A stretch of 64,000 nucleotides of DNA, taken from contig OZ244973.1 of assembly GCA_965222885.1 (NCBI GenBank), forward strand, positions 3,141,664 to 3,205,663, given 5' to 3'. This document shows positions 31,001 through 39,144 of the stretch, piece after piece. The translations under genes and the position numbers were made by a program. The number at the start of each line of letters is the position of its first letter. The stretch's first letter is position 1. The notes beneath the pieces were generated by a model, which was not told where the DNA came from, ran no database searches, and saw nothing but the letters and a program-made list of their open reading frames with translations. Source of the stretch: Terriglobia bacterium (GTDB lineage Bacteria > Acidobacteriota > Terriglobia > UBA7540 > JAPUME01).

Positions 31001-31425
31001 CGGGGATTTTGAGTCTAAACAACGGATTCCCTTTTCCCATCACGCTCGGGGAGGATAACGCCAATGTAGGCCATACTGATCAGCGGCCTTCTGTAAGCGG
31101 TCCGCTGGTTCCGTCGGGCTTTACACAAACACATGAAGAATGGTTCGACACAAGTGCACTTTACAAGGTACCTTTCACCTATGGCAATCTTGGCAAGAAT
31201 CCCATTCGCGAAGATGGCTATCAGAACTTTGATTTGGGAATTGTAAAACGGACCAGTATAACCGAGAGCAAAATTCTGGAATTTCGAAGTGAGTTCTTCA
31301 ACATCACCAACCGTCCCAATTTTGCTGCTCCAAATGGCAATTTAGTGGGGGGCGGTTTTGGGCAAGTTTTCGCAATGAATGGCAGACCTCGTATTATTCA
31401 GTTTGGCTTGAAGTTTATCTTTTGA
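28075..31425 (+). CDS. TonB-dependent receptor with carboxypeptidase-regulatory-like N-terminal domain (intact)
   Basis: GGAGG RBS at 28065-28069, ATG at 28075. Signal peptide, then 'TSGTFRGTVNDTTGAVIPDAVVQL...GRYEFLNVAPGIYDF', plug 'LNGRQFSQLILLTPGA', 'DGVANN', and terminal '...QFGLKFIF'. TATAAT at 28039-28044. Confidence 0.9.
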   Translation: MRRRSSILGISCILFVATLLFTTVGLSQTTSGTFRGTVNDTTGAVIPDAVVQLADTATGVSRDATTDSTGRYEFLNVAPGIYDFAVTFTGFQTLRNPGVILRVNQDAILDFVLEPGAVTEEVTITSQAPLINTTNATVGTVVEESRMTQLPLNGRQFSQLILLTPGAVPRGSGQQGVFEISSDFGGISPATNGQRGDHNNFTIDGVANNELFFNFFAISPPPDAIQEFKVQSYMSSGAFGRGPGANVNIATRRGGNQFHGSAWEFLRNDVLDAADFFDNLVADLNEQNGLPRKPVFRQNQFGFTAGGPIRREKAWIFGYYEGFRKVLGKTQFGTVPTAAQLGGDLSGLPQIFNPFTTRQVGTDPQGNPIFSRTPFPNNQIPANLLNPTSVELARLFYGAPNIPAAPGEVNFQTAEPFRTVSDQFGVRADGVFRQNTVYFSRFSFSDAENADPGINPGLPLNLTNIARQAVVGVTHTFNPTTVLDLHAQYLRTDIRLFNPCADPSLLVSTGLAQDFPAQVGLDSCQPGISMQGFDGIAGGTQFPIGPTNSWEYRGTYTKIKGKHTVTVGGSVTREWSYVNAGFASGSFDRFPTSDPQNPATTGAGLATYLLGLPTGGARLEGDAGQQLFGNYYGTFANDEWKVTPNLTLTLGFRYDYHSPLQEERGHISSLDWENTTPDNTIWLVVIDNPLTTNPSYGNPANVRSSLFEPDRNNFAPRVSLAYRLSPTTSLRAGYGIFYEYNQSNIQSQDDIMGQWPFSYNFFASVGLNAPTAADPTPTNIFGVNSFPPRTFDNVPPASPGFAGCRFCKTPYVQAWNIGIEKALGNDWSVSVSYLGSKGTKLGGTPRINTASTPGPGPITPRRRLPQFDTIIQTSTWFNSNYHAGQLKVERRFSQGLNLLLSYTYSKSLSDGPSATHQGGWQQNEFDRAANRGFSLFDLTHNLVFSYVYELPIGPGKPFLSTGGWASKHLLGGWQMTGILSLNNGFPFPITLGEDNANVGHTDQRPSVSGPLVPSGFTQTHEEWFDTSALYKVPFTYGNLGKNPIREDGYQNFDLGIVKRTSITESKILEFRSEFFNITNRPNFAAPNGNLVGGGFGQVFAMNGRPRIIQFGLKFIF

Positions 31426-31713
31426 GACACGCCATAGCCGATGCTAAGGCCATGGTGGGGCAGCAGTTCGCCAAGAAGAATCCAACGGAGCCTCCGTCCT
31501 GAGATTAACCTCGGCCGTTCCGGCGGAGATCCATGAGAAGTGGTTGACCGGACGGCGTCCCATTGCCATAAAAACAATTCTGGCACGTTCCTCTCTCGCG
31601 GCTTTTTGCGCTCTTTGCGGTGCTCGCTCGGACGAGTCTGAACCAGAGAATCTGTTAAGTAACTGATAATAAGTTACTAAATGGAATCCCTGGGGCGGCT
31701 TTGGGTATGGGAT

Positions 31714-32068
31714 TGGTGGAGGCGGGGGGAGTCGAACCCCCGTCCGAAAAACACTGCTCTGAGGAGCCTACATACTTATCCAGTTCAAGGCAAATTTTGC
31801 AGGAAACCCAAAAGAACTGGAAAGTGCAGGCTTCCCGCTAGTCTGATAGGTCTCATCCTGAACCCTCAGACGGTGGGTTCAGGACCAGCCCGCTAAACGA
31901 CGCCTCGCATCCGCCCTGCGGGCCGGGCGGAGGAGACGCGCTGCTTTAATTAAGCAGCGAGTGCAAACTGCGTGTTGGCAGTTGTAATTGGTTCCATCCG
32001 CTTACGGGTGGATGGTGCCCGGCATGCCTCCTCAGCACAATGGCTTCCGTCGAATCCGGTACGCCCCC
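31714..32068 (-). ncRNA. ssrA: tmRNA (SsrA), tag peptide ANTQFALAA
   Basis: 5' end GGGGGCGTACCGGATTCGACGG..., 3' end ...GGGGGTTCGACTCCCCCCGCCTCCACCA. The acceptor stem has a G3-U pair. The tag reading frame GCC AAC ACG CAG TTT GCA CTC GCT GCT TAA (31950-31979) ends in the canonical ALAA, and the stop codon sits in the hairpin CGCTGCTT-AATT-AAAGCAGCG. Length 355 nt. Confidence 0.92.
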
Positions 32069-33134
32069 TTGTCTTCAGCCTACCTTCCTCCCTGAATCGT
32101 GTCAACCTGATGCACTCGTTCAGTACACCTCGCACACCTCACCTCCTTTCGTGATAGCGAAGATAGACTCCATTCAAGCTCCTGGGAGGACAGGTTGCTC
32201 AAGGAGGGTGGATCCGACCCCGTCCCAGCGTGAGACCAGGTCCTTTCCCGTAAAGTGTTGCAGCACCCCTGCCGGCAGGGGCCGCACCTCCAGGATGTTG
32301 ATCTCCACTCCGTCTCCCGGCTTCAAAACCGGTCGGATTGCGGATCGCATCGGGACGTTTCCGGGGATGTTTGCGCGCCCAGACCCCCGGAGGCAACGGC
32401 GGTTGTCTCCGCCCATCCGCCGCCCTCCATCACGCCACGGAGCGGAGAGGTCCGCAGCGTCCGTTCCGTTTTCTCGCCACCACTCCTTCATCGCCAAGCG
32501 TCTGCCGCGGCGACTTCCTTCTTACTACGATGCCAGTATGCGCAAGACGGTTACACGGTTGTCAAGAAAAAACGACCGAAAACCAGGACATGCACAACAT
32601 CTAGCACTTTTTTTCATTTAAGGCCGGTTTCCGGCGCGCGACGACACCTCCAGAACGCTAAACGAACAACTCCGCGCCGACCCCGACCCGCGACCGCTTC
32701 CCGGACTTGGGCATTACCCTGGCGCGGACCCGCATCGTGGAGCCAGCCTATCGTCTGAATCTCGATCTCTGCGCTCTCCTGACAGGTGCACGGCATCTAT
32801 CGGGACGAGTTCAAGCTGAGTTCAGCAATCCGGCTGCTGACGAACTGGAGCCGAGCCAAACTCTTTGTCACCGCGTCAGTTTACTACCAAAGTGCGCCTT
32901 GCCGCTTTGTCCGCAGCGTCTAGGAAGCGCCGAGCCTCTTTCCGTTCCCTCACCGGAAGAACCACACAAAGGCAGGGGGCAAAACATTCACTAAGATCAA
33001 AACCTGTAGATATTTGTCGGATAGTAGGGCTTGGCGAGATCTGATCGGGTCGAAGGGGCATCGCCCGGACCCCATTCTGAGGCTTTGGAGACCCACCGCC
33101 GCAGGGAAAAAGCTCTACTCCTGGCAGGAGCGGC

Positions 33135-34001
33135 CTATTTTTTCACCTGATCTACCCATGGGTCGTAGGCTTCCATCAGGCTCTGGAATCCCGCAGAAAA
33201 CGCTGCCAAGCCATCCAGAAGCGGATTGGCCCGGTTGAACCGAGGAGGGGTACCCGATCGTGTTTTCGCCAGCCCTCCGCCGGCGGTTACCAGCGCCACC
33301 CCTGCGGCGACGTCCCATTCGTGCTTGGGAACCAGGGTCCAAGTAGCATCGGCCAGCCCTCCGGCCACACAAGCCAATTTGTAGGCCACTGACCCGACCG
33401 GACGGATGTTAAATCCCTCTGCCCGGAACCGTTCCCATTCGCCACGATTGACTTCACTGCGGCTGGCAAGAATCAGGGCCTTTTTCGGATCTTTCAATTG
33501 CCGTCCATGCACGGGCTTGCCGTTCAACGTGACTCCGGTTTCCAGAGAACCCAGAAAGGTCTCTCCCGTGACGGGATTGCAAACCCCACCGGCCACCGCT
33601 TCTCCCGCCTCCACAAGTCCCACCGAAAAGCACCATTCGGGAATGCCGGCAACAAATTCGCGGGTTCCGTCCAAAGGGTCCACAATCCACACGCGTTGCT
33701 TTTCGAGCCTTCCGGAATCATCGGCGGTCTCCTCCGAAAACCAACCCTCACCCTCCCGAGCCAGGAGGTTGTGCAAACATTCGTTAACCGCGTGGTCGAG
33801 GGCCGTCACGGGGTCGTCCTTTCCCTTGAATTGCACGGTCACCGGGGTGGGAGCGAGACGATGGAAAATTTCCACGGCGGCTTCCAGTGACGCGGCGATG
33901 CGGCTGAGGTCGTCTTGCCGCCTCATTACCTGATTGCCGGTTTTATAGAGGGTCACGATAAGCTCTGATGGAAGATCCAAACCGAAGGAAACTTGCCTCA
34001 C
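33135..34001 (-). CDS. Inositol monophosphatase family protein, CysQ-like 3'(2'),5'-bisphosphate nucleotidase
   Basis: 'WFSEETADD', 'WIVDPLDGTREF' and 'WDVAAGVALV' motifs of the IMPase/CysQ family. It lies directly downstream of the PAPS synthase gene. An alternative start is ATG at 33926. Confidence 0.75.
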   Translation of the reverse strand: MRQVSFGLDLPSELIVTLYKTGNQVMRRQDDLSRIAASLEAAVEIFHRLAPTPVTVQFKGKDDPVTALDHAVNECLHNLLAREGEGWFSEETADDSGRLEKQRVWIVDPLDGTREFVAGIPEWCFSVGLVEAGEAVAGGVCNPVTGETFLGSLETGVTLNGKPVHGRQLKDPKKALILASRSEVNRGEWERFRAEGFNIRPVGSVAYKLACVAGGLADATWTLVPKHEWDVAAGVALVTAGGGLAKTRSGTPPRFNRANPLLDGLAAFSAGFQSLMEAYDPWVDQVKK

Positions 34002-34023
34002 CGTGAACGGCGCTTTAGAACTT

Positions 34024-35820
34024 TCACGCTGCCGACTCGCCGTCGGCAGCGATGAACCCTTCCCGCTCCAAGTGAAGAATCAACTGTTGGGCGGCCTCCT
34101 CCGGCGTCAATTCGGTGGCGTCAAGGACGACCTCGGCATCTTCGGGGGCCTCGTAGGGGTCCGAGACGCCCGTAAATTGCTGCAGGAGCCCGGCCCTAGC
34201 CTTCGCGTACAAACCCTTCCGGTCCCGCTGCTCGCAAATCCCCAGGGGCGTGGAGACATAAACCAACAAAAATCCTCCTACGCTCGCCACGACCTCACGC
34301 ACGTCCTTGCGGACGGTATCATAAGGAGCGATGGGTGCGCAGATGGCAATCCCTCCGTTCTTGGTGATCTCCGAGGCGACGAATCCGATGCGGCGGATAT
34401 TGATGTCGCGGTGCTCTTTGGAAAAACCTAGCTCGGAGGAGAGGTTTTTGCGCACAATATCTCCGTCCAAGAGGGTCACCGGGCGGCCTCCCATCTCGAG
34501 CAGCTTCACCCGAAGCGCCTTGGCAATCGTAGATTTGCCCGCGCCTGAAAGGCCGGTAAAAAACACTGTGAAGCCCTGCCGGTGCCGGGGAGGATGCGTC
34601 TTCCGCAACTCCCGCACAACCTCCGGGTAGGTAAACCACTTGGGAATCTCCCGGCCCTCGGCCAGACGGCGGCGCAACTCGGTCCCCGAGATATTGAGAA
34701 CGCGGGTCCCCGAGGGAACTTCATCCTCAGGAACGTAGCCGTCCAGGTCCTCCACATACACCATCATCTTAAAAGGAACCATGCCCACGCCAATTTCCTC
34801 CTCGTACTTGCGCAGCAGCTCCTGGGCGTCGTAGGGGCCGTAGAACGGTTTACCGGAGGAATCACTGCCGGGGCCGGCGTGGTCCCGGCCTACAATCAGA
34901 TGCGTGCAACCGTAGTTCTTGCGAATAATCGCATGCCAAACTGCCTCGCGCGGCCCACCCATGCGCATGGCCAACGGCAGAAGGGCCAGCTTGGCGGTGT
35001 TCTTCGGATAGTGTGGAAGCAGCTCTTGATAGCACCGGACGCGTGTATAGTGGTCCACGTCGCCGGGTTTCGTCATCCCAACCACAGGATGAATCAACAA
35101 GTTGGCTTCAATTCCTTTGGCGGCCCGGAGCGTCAGCTCCACATGGGCCCGGTGCATGGGATTTCGCGTCTGAAACGCGACAATCCTTCGCCACCCAAGA
35201 CGGGTAAATTCCGACCGCAACTCGGCCGGAGTCAGGCGCTGGAATCGAAAGTCATAATGAGCCGGAAGCTGCACACCCTCGAGCGAGCCGCCGACGTACC
35301 AGGGCTGTGTTTTCGCCAGCAGGTAGGCAACACCGGGATGCTCCCGGTGGGTGGTCCCGAAAACCGTCTCGGTCTCGGCCTCCAAGTTGGGCTGCCAGAG
35401 ATCATCCACCCGCAAGGCAGCGAGCATCACTCCCTCCAGGTCCCGGAGGGCCACCGAATCTCCCGGTTTCAGGCGGCGGGCCAGCTCCTCGGTTATGTCC
35501 AACACGACGGGAATGGGCCAAATCAGCCCCCCCCGCAGACGCATCGAAGAACACACCGAATCGTAGTCCGCCCGATCCATAAAACCGCGAAGCGGAGAAA
35601 AACCGCCGTTCAATAACAATTCAACGTCGCAAATCTGACGTGGGGTCAGGTCCCAGGAAGGCCAATTTCGGGAGGCGTCCTGGAGCTCCCCGGCCCGGTC
35701 TGGGTCCACCACCAGGTTGGCCAACTCTCCCCCATGGGGCAAAATCAGATGCGTCGATCTCTCTTTTTTCTGAAAAGAACTCTCTTGTTCGCGACTTCCG
35801 CTCCCTGTCGCAGTTTTCAT
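34024..35820 (-). CDS. Bifunctional sulfate adenylyltransferase (ATP sulfurylase) / adenylylsulfate kinase (PAPS synthase)
   Basis: Sat part: 'VAFQTRNPMHRAHVELT' and 'LIVGRDHAGPG'. APS kinase part: 'GFTVFFTGLSGAGKSTIAKAL' (P-loop) and 'LDGDIVRKNL'. 598 aa. Confidence 0.9.
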   Translation of the reverse strand: MKTATGSGSREQESSFQKKERSTHLILPHGGELANLVVDPDRAGELQDASRNWPSWDLTPRQICDVELLLNGGFSPLRGFMDRADYDSVCSSMRLRGGLIWPIPVVLDITEELARRLKPGDSVALRDLEGVMLAALRVDDLWQPNLEAETETVFGTTHREHPGVAYLLAKTQPWYVGGSLEGVQLPAHYDFRFQRLTPAELRSEFTRLGWRRIVAFQTRNPMHRAHVELTLRAAKGIEANLLIHPVVGMTKPGDVDHYTRVRCYQELLPHYPKNTAKLALLPLAMRMGGPREAVWHAIIRKNYGCTHLIVGRDHAGPGSDSSGKPFYGPYDAQELLRKYEEEIGVGMVPFKMMVYVEDLDGYVPEDEVPSGTRVLNISGTELRRRLAEGREIPKWFTYPEVVRELRKTHPPRHRQGFTVFFTGLSGAGKSTIAKALRVKLLEMGGRPVTLLDGDIVRKNLSSELGFSKEHRDINIRRIGFVASEITKNGGIAICAPIAPYDTVRKDVREVVASVGGFLLVYVSTPLGICEQRDRKGLYAKARAGLLQQFTGVSDPYEAPEDAEVVLDATELTPEEAAQQLILHLEREGFIAADGESAA

Positions 35821-36057
35821 GAGCTTGATCCCTCGAATCGGGTCACATTGCCCCCTGTTCTGATGCCTTGCGGGAATTCGTCGTCAGCAGGAGCCGGCAA
35901 TCCGAAGCTTGCCGGCCCGGTAAATCAGGCAAGTACCCCTTGGCAGTCGCTCGGAAGCGTTCAATGCGGGAACCGCTTTCTCCCTCACATTCTCAGAATA
36001 ACATAAAGCGACCCGAGCCGCCGCACTGCTTTCCCCAAGACCTTGGAGCTATCGAGT

Positions 36058-36879
36058 CTAAATCACGACCTTGAAGGGACGTCGCAATGCAAAGGCGAAA
36101 GCCACTGAGAGGACAAAATAGGGCACCATCCAGTGCACACGGAAACCGAAGCAGGCCAGTCGGAGCGCAGGATACCTTACCTCAATGGATGCCACCGGAG
36201 CTCCATCGGGCAACACAGATTCCGCCGGATAAAACACTCCCTCCAGCCATCCGGAAACACGGCGAGGAGAGCGTGCCAGGATACGGTTGCCGACTTGAAC
36301 TTTTTTGGGGAACGTTTCTTCCCCTGCCACCACTTGGAGCTGGTAGGTTCCTGCCTGCTCGGGCCGGATACGCCAATCGACTTCGTGAGCGCTGGGGATA
36401 CGAAGCGGTGGGGTTTCAACGCGCAGTCCCGCGGGGCTCTTCAATTGAAGAGCCCGCGAATCGAACCGAACCCCGGATGCCAACCGGACTCGGACCAGGG
36501 CAGCCTGCCCCGGTCGAAGGCTCTGGTACCCGTAACGGAGGTCGAGTTGGATGAGAATGAGCCCAATCGGCAGGATCATCCAGGCCAAAGGTTTCAGTGT
36601 ATGCCGTAGGTAGATCAGGTTGTACCGGAGAACATCCTTTTGGGCGGAAACAAGAGCCCGCAGGTCATTCTGGAACAGCCGCATCTCGAAAAATCCAGCA
36701 TGGATTCTCCGTTTCGCTTCTTGAAGAGCCTTCTGGTTGGAGGTCTTTCGGAAAACCCAAAGCATGAAGACAGACGTCAGAGCCGCCATCACCACCAGCC
36801 CCACCCAGGGAGATAATTCCGCAAATGGGTAGAGCAGCAACCGGAAGAATCCATTCAACAGATTATGGAAGAAGGTCAT
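36058..36879 (-). CDS. Polytopic membrane protein of unknown function with a central soluble beta-rich segment
   Basis: 273 aa. TM 'WVGLVVMAALTSVFMLWVF' is followed by the basic helix 'KTSNQKALQEAKRRIHAGFFEMRLF', TM 'LAWMILPIGLILIQL', a non-hydrophobic segment of about 140 aa, and terminal TM 'WMVPYFVLSVAFAFAL'. No family was confidently recognised. Confidence 0.6.
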   Translation of the reverse strand: MTFFHNLLNGFFRLLLYPFAELSPWVGLVVMAALTSVFMLWVFRKTSNQKALQEAKRRIHAGFFEMRLFQNDLRALVSAQKDVLRYNLIYLRHTLKPLAWMILPIGLILIQLDLRYGYQSLRPGQAALVRVRLASGVRFDSRALQLKSPAGLRVETPPLRIPSAHEVDWRIRPEQAGTYQLQVVAGEETFPKKVQVGNRILARSPRRVSGWLEGVFYPAESVLPDGAPVASIEVRYPALRLACFGFRVHWMVPYFVLSVAFAFALRRPFKVVI

Positions 36880-36923
36880 TTCGGGCCCATTCAGGATCGC
36901 AAGGCTGGAGAGGAATTTTCCGA

Positions 36924-37115
36924 TTACTCAATATAGCCGAGCCCCTGCAAACGCTTCTTGAGTTGCTCCTCGGATTCGGCTTCCTCCATCTTGGCGATCT
37001 CTTTTTCCACCAGATGGGAGACGAATTCCTCCACCGAGGAGTATCCGGCCTCCTCGGCGCGCGCCTTGACTTTTTCCAACAGGGCCTTATCGATTTTTAT
37101 CTTCGGCTCAAACAT
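36924..37115 (-). CDS. 63-aa acidic protein, ribbon-helix-helix-like
   Basis: 'KIKIDKALLEKVKARAEEAGYSSVEEFVSHLVEKEI' fits a strand-helix-helix (CopG/Arc) pattern, followed by an acidic tail and 'LKKRLQGLGYIE'. It sits between the AP paralogs and the membrane protein, with 44- and 49-nt gaps. Confidence 0.5.
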   Translation of the reverse strand: MFEPKIKIDKALLEKVKARAEEAGYSSVEEFVSHLVEKEIAKMEEAESEEQLKKRLQGLGYIE

Positions 37116-37164
37116 CTATTCTCCTCACTCCTCGAGTCTGATGAGTCTCCTCTTCGTCCACGTT

Positions 37165-39144
37165 CTACCAAACCGGCCGGCCCTCCAGAGAGGAATTCGA
37201 CCGAATTCCGAACTCCGCCAGGATGCTGGGCGCCAAGTCCACCAATTGCGGCTCGGTTGCCTGCAGCTTCCGGTTGCTCAGAAGGATTCCAGGCACCTGA
37301 TCCGCGGCCATGCAATGGTCGCCACTCCACTTGTCGAGATTATCCACCAGCACATCGCGCGGAACCCGACCCGTGCTCGACTCATTGGAGTTCCGGTAGC
37401 CACGGTGGAAGCCGACGATCAGATCCGGAGCCAGATGCAAAGCCGAGCCGGAGAAGATTTCCGAACTCTTGTAAACGCGGGCGATGACGGGCCGACGGTT
37501 TTCCGGGTCGCGGTAGGCGAGCAGCCCGTTCGCAATTTCCTCTTCCAGTGCTTCGCGCTCGGAGAAGGGGACAATGCCGGTCGATTCACGTCCCAATAGA
37601 TTGAGGTACAACGCATTGATCCCCAATCCGTAGGCTCGTGTGCGGGACCAGTCCACGTTGGTCAAAAATGCCGTCTCCCCCTGTAAGCCAGGATCGCGCA
37701 GAACCAGATAACCCTGATCCTTCAGCCACGTGTTCAGATGAAAAGCTCGGTACCAGGGAGCAAAGCCGTGATCGGAGAGCACCAGAACGGCCGTGTCGTC
37801 TCCCATCTTCTTGAGAGTCTTCCCCAGCAGCGTGTCCATTTGCCGATAAACCTTTGCAATGGCATCCCGCCGGGGCGCGTCGGCCACCGGATCGTGGGCG
37901 GGATGATCCGGGTCCATGGTCCGCCACATAACATGGGATATCTGGTCCAAGCTGGAAAAGTAAAAGAATAATACCCCGCTCGCAAACCGTTCCAGGAAAT
38001 ATTCATACATCCGCCTGCGCTCCCGGAATACCACCTCGGCTTGGCGGAGAAAGTCCTGATCCCGGAAGATGCCATCGGTGAGTGCTTTGGTGTCTTCCGG
38101 CATGCCCTGGGTGTAATACGGCCCCACCGCTTCGGCGATGCGGCTCGCAAACTCTGGAGGACTTGAGATCGGCAAGGCGGCCGAGGCTGGGTCCAGGTTC
38201 ATCGGGCTCACATAAAGCTGAAAATCCGGGCGCACCTGCTGGAGATAGAAGCGGCAAATACCCGTCACGCTCTGAAAATAAGGAATCAGGGGAAATTCGA
38301 CCCGCACCCAATCACTCCACTCTCCCTGTTGAAGAAGGACCTCTTCTTCTCCCACCCGAATCTTGGCAAGAGGGTTTTCCGGATCGATATATACGGCGAA
38401 CTCCGCGGTGGCCCTCGGACGCTCCTTCCGGAAGGTATTCGTCGGGCCGGTAAGGACGGCGTGAATGATGTGATCCTCCGGGGTGACCTGCTTGATCTCA
38501 CCTCCCGACAGATCGGTGCCGAAGCGTTCGACGTCGGTGGTGAAGAAGCTGAAGCGTCCGTAGGTGCCCTGAAGATCCGGGGTACCCATTCCGGAAAGGA
38601 TACGCCCCGGCTGGCCTGTAGGGGGAAAGTTGGCAGGGATCTTTATGACGGTGGCCGGGATACCGTTCTCCTCCAAGGTCACCCACCAGGGCGTTCCTTT
38701 GCGGAGTTGAACCGCTTCCCCTCCCGAGAGGGGGATCACCCACTTGCCGACCGAGAAGGTAAGCCCAGGTCCCTCCACTCGCGAGGTGGAAAGAAAGGGC
38801 AACATAGTGTCCGGGTCACGATGAATAAAATCGAAGATACCCGTCTGCCCGGGATTCATTCCCGTAATGAAGCTTGACCAGGCTACGGGACTCTGCGGAG
38901 GTATGGTCGTTGCCAGCGGAACCAGAGTTCCTTGCTGGGCCACGGACTGAAAGTGGGGCATCTTACCTTCCGCCATCAGACTCCGCAGGAGGCCATAATC
39001 CATGCCGTCGATGGCCAGGACTAAAAGCCTTTTGGCCGTCACCGGCTGGCTGCGGCAGGCGCCCATAAATAAGCTCACGGCCAGGACTGCCCCGAGGAGG
39101 GCGATTCCGGCAAATCTTGCCAAACTGCGGCTCTCGAATTTCAT
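37165..39144 (-). CDS. Alkaline-phosphatase-superfamily protein (type I phosphodiesterase/nucleotide pyrophosphatase family), lipoprotein
   Basis: Lipobox 'LFMGAC'. Motifs 'LVLAIDGMDYG', 'PPQSPVAWSSFITGMNPGQTGIFDF', 'VLSDHGF' and 'WSGDHCM' are present. ATG at 39144 overlaps the stop of the upstream paralog (ATGA). The longer ORF to 39327 is rejected. Confidence 0.8.
   Translation of the reverse strand: MKFESRSLARFAGIALLGAVLAVSLFMGACRSQPVTAKRLLVLAIDGMDYGLLRSLMAEGKMPHFQSVAQQGTLVPLATTIPPQSPVAWSSFITGMNPGQTGIFDFIHRDPDTMLPFLSTSRVEGPGLTFSVGKWVIPLSGGEAVQLRKGTPWWVTLEENGIPATVIKIPANFPPTGQPGRILSGMGTPDLQGTYGRFSFFTTDVERFGTDLSGGEIKQVTPEDHIIHAVLTGPTNTFRKERPRATAEFAVYIDPENPLAKIRVGEEEVLLQQGEWSDWVRVEFPLIPYFQSVTGICRFYLQQVRPDFQLYVSPMNLDPASAALPISSPPEFASRIAEAVGPYYTQGMPEDTKALTDGIFRDQDFLRQAEVVFRERRRMYEYFLERFASGVLFFYFSSLDQISHVMWRTMDPDHPAHDPVADAPRRDAIAKVYRQMDTLLGKTLKKMGDDTAVLVLSDHGFAPWYRAFHLNTWLKDQGYLVLRDPGLQGETAFLTNVDWSRTRAYGLGINALYLNLLGRESTGIVPFSEREALEEEIANGLLAYRDPENRRPVIARVYKSSEIFSGSALHLAPDLIVGFHRGYRNSNESSTGRVPRDVLVDNLDKWSGDHCMAADQVPGILLSNRKLQATEPQLVDLAPSILAEFGIRSNSSLEGRPVW

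Noticed and set aside
31663-31683. AT-rich hairpin AGTAACT-N7-AGTTACT just beyond the tmRNA 3' end, as a terminator or att remnant.
   Set aside because: The stem is only 7 bp and all A/T-rich, there is no U-tract on the tmRNA strand, and no matching repeat occurs elsewhere in the window.
32174-32497. 107-aa minus-strand ORF beside tmRNA with a weak AbrB/SpoVT-like 'IRPVLKPGDGVEINILE' segment.
   Set aside because: The spacing does not fit the AbrB consensus well. The N-terminal half is Arg/Gly-rich junk and there is no RBS. It is mentioned in a finding but not called as a feature.
32069-33134. Looked for SRP RNA, RNase P RNA or 6S RNA signatures in the gene-free kilobase.
   Set aside because: No GGUCCGGAAGGAAGCAGCC-like (SRP) or GAGGAAAGUCCGGGC-like (RNase P) cores occur on either strand. 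6S RNA cannot be judged by eye.
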